This document shows positions 40,604-54,080 of a stretch of 64,000 bases of DNA, in pieces. A program made the position numbers and the translations under genes. Source of the DNA: Octopus vulgaris (taxonomy: Eukaryota); the NCBI GenBank assembly GCA_951406725.2, contig OX597815.1, positions 102,176,001 to 102,240,000 on the forward strand, in the 5' to 3' direction. Position 1 is the stretch's first letter, and the number at the start of each line of letters is the position of its first letter. The notes beneath the pieces were generated by a model. The model did not search any database. It was not told where the DNA came from and worked only from the letters and a program-made list of their open reading frames with translations.

Positions 40604-42200
40604 GTAACGTGGTGGTGGAACAATACTGTAGACAGGGCCATTAGGGCAAAGAAACTGGCCTGAAAGAATGGGGGCAGCAGGGAACTGTATCAGATAGCCA
40701 GAAGGGAAGATAAGAGACAGGTATATCTAGCCAAGAGAGAAGCAGAAAAGAAGTTTGCCTATGTTCAGCATCGTGAGAATCAAAGAACTGAAGTATTTCG
40801 TATGCAAGACAGTGTGTGAAAGAGAATTGTAATGTCATAGGAGAGAAATGTGCCCGCATGGATGATGGTGCACTTGCTTTTAATGAGTCTGCAAAGAAAG
40901 AGGCTTGGAGATACCATTATAAAAGACTGCTGATCATGGAGAGTGAATGAGAGGAGAAGAGTCTGCCAAATATTGACCCAATTGAGGGACCAGCTACCCA
41001 AATCAACAGTACTCTGGAAGATAAAGCAATTAAGGATATGAAGACAGGGAAAGCCCCTGGTCTATCAGGAATCACTGCTGAGATGCTTAAAATATGTGAC
41101 AGTGTGGGTTATGGTCTAGTCACCCATATTGTAAATCAGGTGGTTCATGAAGGAGTCATTCCCAATGACCGATGTAGCAGCACCATAGTCAACTGCTACA
41201 AAAATAAAAGTGATGTCTTAGACAGAAATAATTACAGAAGTATCAAATTGTTGGATCAGGTGATGAAAGTTACAAAGAGAGAGAGAGAGTCGTGGCCAAC
41301 TAATTAGAGAGAAAGTTAGTCTAGATGAGATGCAATTTGGTTTTGTGCCAGATAGAAGCACCACTGATGCAATATTATTGGTAAAGCAACCAAGCCAAAG
41401 ATAAACCTCTGTACTTGGCTTTTGTTGACTTGGAAAGCTTTTGACAGAGTCCCCCAATTCCTTATCTGGTGATCAATGCAGAATCTAGGGCTAGATGTGT
41501 GGTTGGTGAGAGCCATACAAGCCTTGTACAGCATAGAGGAGCTCCCAGGTGTAGCCTGTCTTGAATTTCTCTGTTATTGCCTGGAGGGCTATGATGAACA
41601 AGTGAGGGCTGAGCACCAATCCTTGGTGAACCCCTATTTGTACCCTCAATTCTGCCCACTCTCACCTTGAACTTTGAGCCTCACAGAGGCAATGAATGGT
41701 AACCAAGACCTTTGGCAATGTGCTGTGCTTGAGAGGACTCATCAAACCAAATGCACCCATGCTGATGGCACGTAAAGAACATCATTTGAACATTGGGCCT
41801 CACAGAGGCAAAGTGGCTGAATTCCTTTCAAGCATTGGGCCTCACAAAGGCAAAGTGGCTGAGTTCCTTTTGAGTGTTGGGCCTTACAGAGGCAATAACC
41901 AAGACCTTTGGCATTATGCCGTGCTTGAAAAGAAGACCCATCAAGCTGAGAAAAATTGCAGTCATGGCAGATACCAGTGTCACGCAAAAGGTACCCTGGT
42001 GTCATGCAAATGGCACCTGTGCTGGTGGCATGTAAAAGCACCCATTACACCCTCAGAGTGGTTGATGTTAGGAAGGGCATCCAGCTGTAGAAAACCATGC
42101 CAAATCAGACTGGAGTCTGGAGCAGCCTTCCAGTGTGCCAGCCCAGTCAAACCATCCAACCCATGCCAGCATGGACAACAGACATTAAATTATAATGATG
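40604..42200 (+). mobile_element. RTE-clade LINE fragment with an inverted internal segment
   Basis: MKTGKAPGLSGITAEMLK...NYRSIKLLDQVMKV...QFGF...LAFVDL on +. The next RT segment lies on - at about 41535-41690, then the 3' tail resumes on +. Confidence 0.85.
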
Positions 42201-42752
42201 TACATGAAAGAGAGAGGGGGGGAGAGAGAGAGGGGGGGAGGGATAGAGAGAGAGGAAGGGAGGGAGAGGGGGAGGGAGAGAGAGAGGGAGAGAGAGATTA
42301 AAAAGGTTGGTGAGGATAGGGAAAAGCACTGGTACGTATTGCTTAAGGTTAATAGAAGAAATACTGTAGGCTACAAGTGGAACAAGCCAGTCATTAACAA
42401 TGATTAAGCTTTTAATTTTTAAAATGGACAGAATTACAACTGAGGGAGCAGAGGGAGGGGAAATGACTTTATTAGGATTATAGAATTAACTAAAATACTA
42501 AATCACATTTGACATCCTGCTCTTCCTGACACATCACTGCCTTACTGTTGTAATTTAGGCACAAGAGAAAATATGTAGTCAATGAAATCATCCTTAATAC
42601 TAAACCATTTCTTGTAATAACAATAACCATTTGGTTTGATTATTGTTGTTTTGTTTTTTTTAGAAAAAAAGGGATAGGTTCAGACAGTATAACTTATGTA
42701 GTTTTTATTTTGGGTTTTGGTTAAAAAAAAAGTTTCAAAAATTCTAAAAATG

Positions 42753-42956
42753 TCAATTAGGGCAGGATAAAGTATCTGTTTCCCCCTCTTCTTTTGTCGA
42801 TTGGTTGCTATTAATATTTAGTGCAAGACAAAATGGTTCTGCTGTTAAAGAATGGTCCTGATTATAAGAGCAAACCTTGAGATGTTCAGAGAGAGGGTTA
42901 GAACCATTAAATTCCCATCGTTTTATTGGAGTAAATGCTGGACTGAAGTTCCATTT
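42753..42956 (-). CDS. FBXO30: FBXO30/40-family last coding exon
   Basis: tttctgtctttttAG acceptor, phase 0. Encodes KWNFSPAFTPIKRWEFNGSNPLSEHLKVCSYN...CPN*, matching the family W.FS.AF....W.F.....L..HLK.C.YN tail. Confidence 0.92.
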   Translation of the reverse strand, partial: KWNFSPAFTPIKRWEFNGSNPLSEHLKVCSYNQDHSLTAEPFCLALNINSNQSTKEEGETDTLSCPN

Positions 42957-43344
42957 CTAAAAAGACAGAAAGAAACAATTTCAATTGTAAAGAGAAGAAA
43001 AAAAGATTCCTTTACCTATTTATCATTATTTTAAAAACATGTTATACTATTGACTATGTAATCCTAAGTTCAATAATCCAACATCAATTGCATTGCATTT
43101 TAAACAAAGCAAGTATTTCTGCTTACTCAGAGACTCTGACAAACTTATATTACGAATTCCAATCCTAATGGAAATGCACTGAGCAGAAACAACAAAATAC
43201 AAAATTCTTACTCTTTTTCTAATTTGTAAAACCATAACATTTGAAGGTAAACAGACAGGCAGATGTGTGAGTGAGTGCACATGAGTGTACTTGAGTGTAT
43301 GTGAACTGTATACACAAATTGTAAAAAATATATAGTTTGATAAC

Positions 43345-43790
43345 TGGAGCGCTAAGAGCACCATCCGAGCGTGATTGTTGCCAGAGCAGCTGACTGGCTT
43401 CCATGCCGGTGACACATAAAAAGCACCATTCAAGTGTGATCATTACCCGCATCGCCTTACTGGCACTTGTGATGGTGGCATGTGAAAAAACATTCGAGTG
43501 AGGTCGTTGCCAGTGCCACTGGACTGGCTTCAGTGCAGGTGACACGTAAAAGACACCATTTGAGCATGGCCATTGCCAGTACCGCCTGACTGGCCCTTGT
43601 GCCGGTGGCAGATAAAAGCACCCACTACACTCTCGGTGTTGTTAGCATTAGGAAGGGTATCCAGCTGTAGAAATGTTGCCATATCATATTGGAGCCTGGT
43701 GCAGCCATCTGGTTTGCCAGTCCTCAGTCAAATCGTCCAACCCATGCTAGCATGGAAAGCGGTCATTTAACAGTGATGATGAGGATGATG
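43345..43790 (+). mobile_element. RTE-type 3' tail with internal tandem subrepeats
   Basis: Repeated GGTGGCA.GT.AAA..CA units and a GAT-repeat tail. Similar copy at 47120-47550. Confidence 0.75.
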
Positions 43791-44330
43791 AAAACACCAC
43801 AGTACAGAATAAGCACTCATGGAGAGTCTCTTAGATCAAAATGTGTATATATGTGAGAGAGGGAGAGAGAGAAAGAGAGGGAGTCTGCAGTTACTTCTGC
43901 CTCAGTTTCACACTAGCATCTAGAAACTTGGATGTATCAATCTTTAGTATAGTTTGTGATAATTGTTGACATCACTGCACTATCTGCTCCCCCCACCCTT
44001 ATGCCAAAAAAAAACAATAGCATAAATTTCATATTGTATCTGCAAGTATGTATGTTGTAGAGTTCCAAAAATTACACAAACTGAAAAGTGCGTCTGGTAC
44101 AGATTTTGCTTCAAACTTAATGACTTTTCTGTGAGAAACAACACACACATATGCTATTTACTTTTTCACATGCATATACTATTTTCTTTTTCAAGCTAAA
44201 AATAAAATATCTGTAATGATCTGTATATAAAATAATCCCACAAAGTGAAAATGCCATTCTTGTTTAGCAATTTTAGATTTAGGTTTGTTACACTAAAATT
44301 TTTTCATATCAAATATAAGAATAGACTTAC

Positions 44331-46184
44331 TTTATAAGCAATTTTCCAGTGACCTTCCCCAGTGGTTTCATCAATTTTCTTTTGCCAAATTAAAGTCACA
44401 AGACCACGAGTTTCTAACAGACTTGAACAGACATCTCTCAGATATTTACTGCTAGCAGCTAAGTTACATAAACTAAAACTGTCAAGATTTTGCAGTATTT
44501 GTTGCAATAGTTCATATGGCAATGCTGTTAGGAAGTCACAATCCGGTTGTTGTATTTCTTCTTTCTTTTGGTCAACATTAACAACACGCACCATAGAATC
44601 ATACTGGCTGGACGTAACAATTTCAGGAGTCACTTCTCGAGACTTTGGAAGAGTCTTCCCGTGGGATTTTTTCTTACATTCACAATGCATTGTAAGAGGT
44701 GCTGATGGTTGAATTTCATGTACAGATTTTGAAACATTTTCCTCACAGTTCCATGAAGTTTTTACTCCAAAACTTTCCACTAGACTACTATGGATAATTT
44801 TATAGTTTACCTGATCAGGATAAAACCGGCAAAAGGAAAATGTACACCCACTGTGAGCTAGTGGACATCGTTGCTCAAGCCAACCATTTAACCCACAGTG
44901 GATATCATTGTGGACATTTTTATAGTGCCAAGCATATTCATCACGACGGAATTCTTGAGCACAGAGGAATGTAAACATAGACCTAGGTTTCGGTTGATAC
45001 CGTGTCATGCATTCAATGTTCAAAGAAACACCAAGTAGTTCATTTAATTTCACAGTCTGGACTGATTTTGAGGAACTGCCATCTTCAGTCATCAGCTCAC
45101 AGTTAGGAGCTTGGCATGCCATCCCAGCCACTTCTTCTGAATCTATTTCATTGATATGAACATTAGCTATTTCATGGATGTTCATATTCTGCTGGGAGTT
45201 AATTGACTTTTCATTCGTTGTTTGAGCTGAATAATGGCAACATTTATTAAGGCATTCTGATTCTTGACAGTGGCTATTTGAAGAATTTATATCAGGCAAT
45301 TCCATGGCAATATTGGATTGAGAATTCTTACAAAGGGAACATATTATTGGATAATCTAGTCCTAATTGAGTAAATTTCTGTGAATTATCTAAACTTTTTG
45401 ATTTTGTTTGCGTACTTAATTTAATTTTCCTGTTTACAACTTGGTCAGAGCGTTCCTCCGGTGAAGTTGGTGAGTTCTGTTGATCAGTGGTACGGAAAAG
45501 TTTGCTGCAAACACTACGTTGTAGTCCTGGTGGAGATTTTGCATTTTCCCATGGCCCATCACTATCATCATCAGAAACTGTCTGTGAAGTACCAGCTGAA
45601 TTCAAGTTGTCAGAGTCAAATGAACTACTGTGGTGTAAAAAGGGAGCAGCTGGGTGGCGCTGAGTAAGTGAATTCCTAAGTATGTGACGTGTCCTTCGAG
45701 GGGCCTTTCGGGTTTCGATTAACATTCGTTGATCTCGAAGAGCAAGTGCTACATCAAGTTGCCGGGAACGAAGATGACGGTTTTCCAGAGGCAAAGGTGC
45801 TTTCACCCCATCTTCTGTTGAATGCATGGGCCAGCGATTCCATTCAAAGGAACAAAATATCACACTAGCTGGACAGACTTCAAGATGTCTTCCAAGAGCT
45901 GCTCGATGTATGATTAAGGGGCAGCCATAATTTACATTGATACAAGGCACTCGTTCAAAGGGACAAAGCAGATTATGCTCTGGTCCTTTGCATTCATGAT
46001 AAACTGCACCACAGCTATTTTCACAGCTTGTGACAGGGCAACAGCGCGTTTGGCCATCTGGAGTGGTATAATTTCCATCTTCACCCTCAGTACAAGAACT
46101 ATTGTAACAATCATGGCAATGGACATGCACCAGTTGCAGCTCCAATAACTTCCAGTTTTCACAATCTTCTTCATCATCATTTAT
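44331..46184 (-). CDS. FBXO30: FBXO30/40-family F-box protein, large exon (TRAF-type zinc finger and F-box)
   Basis: 618 open codons between a tttttcAG acceptor and a GTAAGT donor. Motifs HC..C, CGAVYHECK..EH.LLCPFERVPCIN, CPASV..C..EWNRWP, FTFLC.QEFRRDEY.WHYKNVH.DIH.GLNGW.EQRCPLA and F-box LTALPYELLQQILQNLDSFSL. Confidence 0.95.
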
Positions 46185-46905
46185 CTGAAAAATGATTCAT
46201 AGAAAAAAAAAAGAAAAAGAAATAAAAAGTTAACAAATCTGACAAACTTATTTACAGCAGATTCAATAGTATAACTATAACTTTTAAATACTTTTCTGCT
46301 GTTATAACTACAAATGTTTCTACCACTACTATTACCACAACAAACTACAACACCCTCACTTGAGACAAAAATGATGATTAAGTGTTCAAATGATATCTAG
46401 TTTCTGATCTTAAAACAGCTGACATTGTTTTAGTGTTATGGGAGAGGGGCACTCAATTGATCCCAGAAGTGTTAATTCTTAAGTGTGGTCAAAGTGGGTA
46501 CAGGTGTGACAGTGTGATTAAGATGTTCATTTAAGAACTACACAGTTTCAGGCTCAATCCCACAGCAGGATATCTTGAGCCAGTATCTTATGCCAGAGCT
46601 TTGGATTAACAAAGTCTTGTGAGTGAAAATTTGTAGACAAAAACTGTGTTAAAAGCACATCAGGTAGACTGCACCCACACCTAAGTGATAGACCTAATAC
46701 ACTGCCTAAGCCACAACAAAAAAAAAAGAAAAGAAATTTTCTGTCTTATTTACTTTCAAATGTGCTTAATTTTGCTTCAATAACATCATTCGCTTTACAA
46801 GTGCAACAGTATATCAGAAGTAAATTAATATGGATGATGATAGTACATCGGTATGGTTCTCTTTTCAACAAATTAGCAAAACATAAAACATATTTTTTCA
46901 CTTAC

Positions 46906-46926
46906 TAGATTAAAATATTTGGGCAT
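46906..46926 (-). CDS. FBXO30: Probable first coding segment of the F-box gene, within a 56-nt exon (46961-46906)
   Basis: ctattttacAG acceptor and GTAAGT donor. ATG gives MPKYFNL in phase 0 with the large exon and is preceded by an in-frame TGA. Confidence 0.65.
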
Positions 46927-48771
46927 TATTAAATTCTTCTGTCAGTTCCTTTTGCAGGAATCTGTAAAATAGAAGAGACATGTTTTATTAACCATTTAAA
47001 CCATTGATTCAACATCTATGATGGGTCATTATGGAAACTCTAATTTAGAAGCATGAGTAAAAATCTAGAATTGTGTCCTCCAATAATTTTTGTGACTCAA
47101 TTATATTTAGTGCGCATATTTGTGCTAGTGGAGCGCTAAGAGTACCATATGAGTGAGATCAAGGCCAGAGCAACAAGCAAGCCTCCGAGCCAATGGCATG
47201 TTAAAAACACCATTCGAGCGTGATCGTTAGCTGCGTTGCCTTACTAATACTTGTGCTGGTGGCACATGAAAAAACATTCGAGCAAGGTCATTGCCAGTGC
47301 CGCTGGACTGGCTACTGTGTAGGTGGTACATAAAAAGCACCATTTGATCGTGGCCATTGCCAGTACTGCCTGACTGGCCCTCGGGCAGATGGCATGTAAA
47401 AGCACCCACTACACTCTCAGAGTGGTTTTTAGGAAGGGCATCCAGCTCTAGATTGGTGTTTGGTACAGCCATCTGGTTCGCAAGACCTCAGTCAAATTGT
47501 CCAACCCATGCTAGCATGGAAAGCGGACGTTAAACAATGATGATGACGATGATTTGTATCCAGTTTCATTTCAATAGGAGAGCAAACCATTACAAATGCA
47601 GTATAAATATAAATACTGTAAATATAAACATTAAGGATGAAGTTAATAGTCAAAAATATGTGTCCCAGCATGGCCACAGCTCATGAGATGAAACTAGATA
47701 AAATAAAAATTTAAAAAAAAATTTTAATCATTGTTATATTTAATACAGTTGCTTTCATAAATCTTTTCTTCTATTCCTTTGTAATTATAATATTACAGAA
47801 ACAATTTTGGAATATATGTGGGAGAGAAACAAGAGAATTTAGAACTTGTAAAAAAATAGTTTATTTTGGGAACATAAAGAGATATGTGCCACAAAGTGAA
47901 ATGAAATTCTATATGTAGTTGTGTGTAGTATTGAATTGAACAAGATACAGAATGGTATAAAGGTTGCTAGTTAATCAGTATCACGTTGATATAGTTCCAG
48001 CTAGTTGGCAGTCTTGAATTACCAAAGAACTTGGTGAACAATTGTTATTCTGTAGTAGAATGATGTTGGACAGATTGACTTGAGGAGACAGTGTTAAGAT
48101 GATATGAAGGGACAAGGAGTAGAGTACAGATAGGATTTGGAAGAAAGAAAGAAGTCAAGACAGTCTGGAGGACTGGGGGAAGATATTTCGCTCAGCAATA
48201 TGGGTGCAGGTTGGATATTAATTGATGTAGACAATTTAGCATGTCCCAAAAATCAATCATCCGCACCAACAAAGAAGAGAGTGACACAAAAAGAGTTGCA
48301 GACAATGAATTAAAAATTTAAACAATGATTAATATAGTTTTTGGTGTTGAATTTTTGATTAAAATGTTTTGTGGAGAGTAATTACTAAAATTTCATGAAG
48401 ATCAAAGAAAATGCCAAGAATGATTTCAAGAAAAGAAGTTGAGTTATTAGCAGAGAGAAACATCCAGCTGTGAAATTTAATGGCAAATAATAGAACAGTC
48501 AGAAATAAAGTATATGGTCTGCATTAACAGCAACTGATGAATGAGAGAGTTTGACAAGTTGAATTGTTTTAATGAGTGCCAAATCTTACCCTTCACCTGA
48601 GAGTGAAAAAGAAAGACAATATTTTTTTTCTCTCACTCTGGGCAAAGGCAAAGGTTAAAATGATAGATTCTACACTTCCTACAGTATTTCAAACTATCAA
48701 ACTCTTCTAAACTTAACAGGGCCCATCTTACTTTATAAAGCTTATTAACTGTTTTTATTACTGACACTTAC

Positions 48772-49218
48772 CATCAGTAGCTTCTTCAAAGTAGTTTATG
48801 TTGGTCAGTTTTTGCTTTCATAAAAATAATCGCTCCAACAAAAACCTTTCTAGCTACGTTGCATGAAAATAAATAGATATTTAATTTAGTTCTAAGATAC
48901 ATCTTGCTCTGGGATGCATCATCAGTGATGTTTCCTTTCAACATCAGACCTCCTTGCCCAATTGATCTAGTTGGGGTTAATGAAGTCCCAGTTTGCATCC
49001 TAGTTGCAGCAAAAAACTGGTCTTTCTTATTCCAAGCCACCTTGTGGCCTTCTCTGCAGTTTCAGTGACGGAATTTATGGTTGTCTTCTTTGCTGCACCA
49101 GTAACTTGAAGCCCAGACAGAACTTTGAAGAATGAATGCCTTGCAAACCTTGACAGCCCCCTTTTATTGTCTCACAACTTTTCTCCTAGCCCTAATTTCT
49201 ACATTGCTCTACCAGCTC
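48772..49218 (-). other. Candidate 5' UTR exon of the F-box gene
   Basis: ttattttaccAG acceptor, ATG|GTAAGT donor, apparently non-repetitive sequence. No homology support. Confidence 0.35.
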
Positions 49219-49384
49219 CTGGTAAAATAACAAACAGCAAAAAGAAATCTTCCTCTAATCACACATGGAAGTTTCTACATGATCATTAGCCTGTTAGAAA
49301 TAGCAGCCAAATCATCCTTAAATCTAAGGGTGCAGGATAACTCAACACTGCCAAATCAACACCAGGAAAACTGATTAATAAATA

Positions 49385-49760
49385 CTCTTTACTCTTTTAC
49401 TTGTTTCAGTCATTTGACTGTGGCCATGCTGGAGCACTGCCTTTAGTTGAGCAAATCAACCCCAGGACTTATTCTTTATAAACCTAGTACTTATTCTATC
49501 GGTCTCCTTTACCGAACCGCTAAGTTGCAGGGATGCAAACACATCAGCATCAGTTGTCAAGCGATGTTGGGGGGACAAACACATACACACATACGACGGG
49601 TTTCTTTCAGTTTCTGTCTACCAAATCCACTCACAAGGCTTTGGTTGGCCCAAGGCTATAGTAGAAGATACTTGCCCAAGGTGCTACACAGTGGGACTGA
49701 ACCCGGAACCATGTGGTTTGTAAGCAAGCTACTTACCACACAGCCACTCCTACACCTATA
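49385..49760 (-). mobile_element. Full-length family B SINE nested in the left TIR of the MULE-like element
   Basis: Reverse complement of 1614-2035. Confidence 0.85.
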
Positions 49761-49799
49761 ATTTATTCGTTTTATAACTTTATCATTTTATAACATTAT

Positions 49800-50205
49800 C
49801 AGGTAATTATAAAAGATTAATTTAAGACAACATAAGTTTTAAAACTCGAATTAAAGTAATTGAGAAACTATACATTTTTAATACAAGGATAAAATTTAAA
49901 TGAGAAATTTACTGAAAGTTGTATACAATTCCCTTCAAATATTCTGTGGGAGATCGTTCTGAAAAAGATGAAACAATATGCAGAATTCTGTCATCTGCCT
50001 TCCAGGTAATTATAAAAGATTAATTTAAGACAACATAAGTTTTAAAACTCGAATTAAAGTAATTGAGAAACTATACATTTTTAATACAAGGATAAAATTT
50101 AAATGAGAAATTTACTGAAAGTTGTATACAATTCCCTTCAAATATTCTGTGGGAGATCGTTCTGAAAAAGATGAAACAATATGCAGAATTCTGTCATCTG
50201 CCTTC
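49800..50205. repeat. Tandem duplication, 2 x 203 bp
   Basis: 49800-50002 and 50003-50205 appear identical. Confidence 0.9.
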
Positions 50206-52647
50206 ATATTTGAATATGTATTCACGAATCCAACTTTCAAAATTTCTACATCTCAATGTCGATCTCAAGAGCATTGACTGCCAGCATTGGTAGAAAGATA
50301 TGAATTCCTGATATTCCTTCTTTGAATGGTTTAGAGCAATCTAAATACCTTTGACACAAGCTAAACAGGCCATTATGACCAATAAATTACTGCGACAAAC
50401 TGCTAACTTGAAGAAGCTTGGGTCGAGAGTGAAGCAAATAAACCATTGTTCTGGAATGCACACACACACACACACACATAATTATATCCTTTATGAATTA
50501 CTTTTATTCGAATTCTAAAAGTTCTGTTTTTTTATATTCAAGCCATGTATTAAGATTAATCTTTTCATAAATTTCTGATAATGTTATAAAACAAATTATT
50601 TATTAATCAATTTTCCTGGTGTTGAGTTGTCCTAGTGTAGAGTTGTCCTTTGAGTCAGCGGTGGTGAGTTATTCCTATTTGTAAATCTAACCCTAACATC
50701 ATAAGTACAAAAAATACATTAGATAAGGTAATGTAATCCTAGATAAATCTAAAAAGATTTAAGTTCATGGCTAGAATGCCTTTGTGCATAAATCTGCTCA
50801 ATTAAGATTAACCTGGGATTAAACAAGAGCACAAGAATGAAAAGTGCCTCAGTCAGGGGCTGAGCTTCCAAGAAGAGGGCCTATATGTATGCGTGTGTGT
50901 GTGTGAGTAGGTCCTTATCTTGGCATCATGCAACAGTTGTAAATGAATGACCCCCCCAACAAACAAGCCGTATCATTCATTTCTAATTCTCTGTGGAGAC
51001 ATGTCCATCCATGGAGAATTATTACTTTGCTTGGAAACAGTTGAGGGTCTGCAACAAGAAGGGAATCTGACCATTAAAAAAAAAAATCTGCTTCGACAAA
51101 TTCTGTGTGACTCATGCAAGCATGGAAAAGCAGACTTTAGAACAATGGTGATGATGATATACATATATTTAAATAACGTTTCATTGGGAAAAAGGGACTG
51201 CATCCCTTATATACTCCTTAGACTGATATTGATATGGTTAATGTCAATTTGAACCTCTATGAGGAAAGATGTATGGGAAGGAGACTTGTTCTGGGAAGGA
51301 AGGAAGGATCAAGGTAAAGTGATTAACACAGGGTTTGGTAGAAGAGGCATAGAACAAGTGGTGGAAAAAGGAAGACTGAAGAACAGAGACTGTTGTAATA
51401 GCAATGGAAGTTGAAGGATCAAGGGTCAAACATGCCAATTTAGTTATTTTACACAGTTTTTGTAGCATGTTAAATAAGAGGTTGCTAGTCTCTGCTTAAC
51501 TCAAATTTACTTCTTAGAAGTAAAGACACTATGAGTAGTGACTTATGACTTTACCTACAGTGCAATGCAGCAAATTCTAAAGAGAGAGGTGGGAAGGGAG
51601 AGAGAAAAAGCGAGAATTGATTCAGTACTTGAAAAGTACTTACTCAACCTTAGGAGGAAAAGACAAAAATGACCTCAGCTGGATTTGAACTGATAACACA
51701 ATGGACCAAAATAACTGCTACAAGACTGACACTAATGATTCTGCCAATCAACTGCTTTACATAACGTGCAATTATTGTCTTTAGATATTAAAGTCAAACA
51801 AATTTTCCCCTAAATTTCAGTTAGACATTAACAATGAAGTCTGATTAACAGAGTTAACAGAGGATTGCTGGTAATTATGGATGAAATGAAGACAGATTCC
51901 TCTTAAATTTAGTGAATCTTAATTTTATAAGCACTAAACTACGCTGCTATGCTTGTGACCAAAGTCCACCTTGGAACAACGTGGTTTAGGGTTTGTTCCC
52001 ATTGTTTGGACACTGTTAGTGTCTTCTGCTATAGTAGTGTGTTGACCAATGCCTTGTCAATTTGTAGTCAGAAACTGTAAGAATCCTATTATGTGTGTGT
52101 GTGTGTGTGTGTACATGTGCATGCATGTGTGATCATTTTATTATCTACTTTTCCACGCTAACATGAGTGAAGTGAGAATATGTTGGTGCAAAATTGTTTT
52201 TTCACAGCTGGATGCACTTTCTGTTGTCAACCCCACCACCACTTGTTTTCAAGTGCAGTAATAATCTGCCAGTCTATCAGACAACAAACAGCTTGGACAG
52301 ATCTTTATGTAGAGAACTGGAAACAAAAGGCACTGGCTGAATGAACTTTTTGTTTACAACAATTGCACAACGTATCCACAAGCCCGGACATGCTTTTGTG
52401 ACAGACTAGTGTCAGAAAGCCATTATTTGCAAAGCACCATATACTAGGAAAATGCAAGCTCACACAACACACAGAGGCTTCTTTCAGTTTCTGTCTACCA
52501 TATCTATTCACGAGACTTTGGTTGGCCCCAGGCTGTGGTAGAAGTTAACTTGCCCAAGGTGTCATGCAGTGGAGCTGAACCTTATTCCATGTGCTTGGGA
52601 AGTGAACTTCTCAACCACACAAACATGCTTGCACCTATATATATATA

Positions 52648-52951
52648 TCACCGTGACCAACCAGGCTATCAGATGTTGCTACACATCGCTGGTCACAATG
52701 CGCTTCGCATTGTTTTAGCCTTCAAGATACGCCACCCCGCTGGCTAAGCGAGCAGGCCAACAGAAGAAAGAGTGAGAGAAAGTTGTGGCAAAAGAATACA
52801 GCAGGGATCGCCACCCACCCCCTGCCGGAGCCTCATGGAGCTTTAGGTGTTTTCGCTCAATAAACACTAACAACGCCCGGTCTGGGAATCGAAACTGCGA
52901 TCCTACAAATGCGAGTCCGGTGCCCTAACCACTGGGCCATTGCGCCTCCAC
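52648..52951 (-). mobile_element. Family A tRNA-derived SINE
   Basis: Minus strand begins GTGGAGGCGCAATGGCCCAGTGGTTAGGG with B box GTTTCGATTCCC. Confidence 0.8.
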
Positions 52952-53078
52952 ATATATATATATATAAATATAGAGAGAGTGGGGGGGAGAGATAGTTAAA
53001 ATGCAAACTATTTTTCATTATATGCAATATATGATATTCTAAAACAGTATTGTTTATAAAACAATACACACAAATGCG

Positions 53079-53140
<62 letters not shown>

Positions 53141-53302
53141 CACACACAATCACACACACAGATGCGTGTGTGTGAGTGATGTATGTATTTACGTGAGAAT
53201 AGTGACTACATGTTATTGCATGCAAACATGAAGAACAAACAGGTAGGAAAATGATTTGAGGAAATTTAAAAACCTGTTCTGAATAGTTAGGCGTACAGAC
53301 AG

Positions 53303-53343
<41 letters not shown>

Positions 53344-53764
53344 TAATCTAGAAATGAATGTAGATGGACACATTCGTAGATAAAGAAACAAATAAAATGA
53401 TGCACAATTAAAATTTCATAAACCCAGAAATAGCAAAAAAAAATAAAACAGTAAATAAAAAATAATAAAATTAAGCTGAAAAGCATTATGAGAAAAACAG
53501 TAGATTTAGTGATTAAGCTGTGCCTTGAGTAGAATAAATAGGAAACAATAGACATAATATATAAATAAATAGAATTGTAAGAAAGATTAAAAGTGATTAG
53601 TGCTAACAATTGGAATAGGCTGATCTATTCTAGTTTTAATGGGATAAGGTAGTTAAGCAGGATCCAGAAGAGAGATGCTGGAATTAGGTATATATGAAAA
53701 TAAAATGTGACAGCAGAGTGTGTGTGTGTGTATGCATATATATAGTGTAGAGAGAGACAGAGAC

Positions 53765-54080
53765 AGTGTCTTCTACTATAGCCTCGGGTCGACCAAAGCC
53801 TTGTGAGTGGATATGGTAGATGGAAACTGAAAGAAGCCCGTCATATATATGTATACATATATATGTATGTGTGTGTGTGTGTATGTTTGTGTGTGTCCCC
53901 CCAACATTGCTTGACAACTGATGCTGGTGTGTTTACGTCCCCGTAACTTAGCGGTTCGGCAAAAGAAACTGATAGAATAAGTACTAGGCTTATAAAGAAT
54001 AAGTTCTGGGGACGATTTGCTCGACTAAAGGTGGTGCTCCAGCATGGCCACAGTCAAATGACTGAAACAAGTAAAAGAGT
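53765..54080 (+). mobile_element. 5'-truncated family B SINE
   Basis: Matches 1700-2030. More diverged copies near 56740-57130, 57870-58280, 59290-59620, 59810-60130. Confidence 0.8.

Larger units (their letters stand above)
49328..50681. mobile_element. MULE (Mutator)-like non-autonomous element inserted in a family E repeat
   Basis: 9-bp TSD TAAATCTAA (49319-49327, 50682-50690). Long inverted ends TCAACACCAGGAAAA.TGATTAATAAATA. Confidence 0.7.

Noticed and set aside
44304-46145. 613-aa single-exon ORF as the complete protein
   Set aside because: It starts at TTG and runs through a donor. Splice sites and the conserved last exon show a multi-exon gene.
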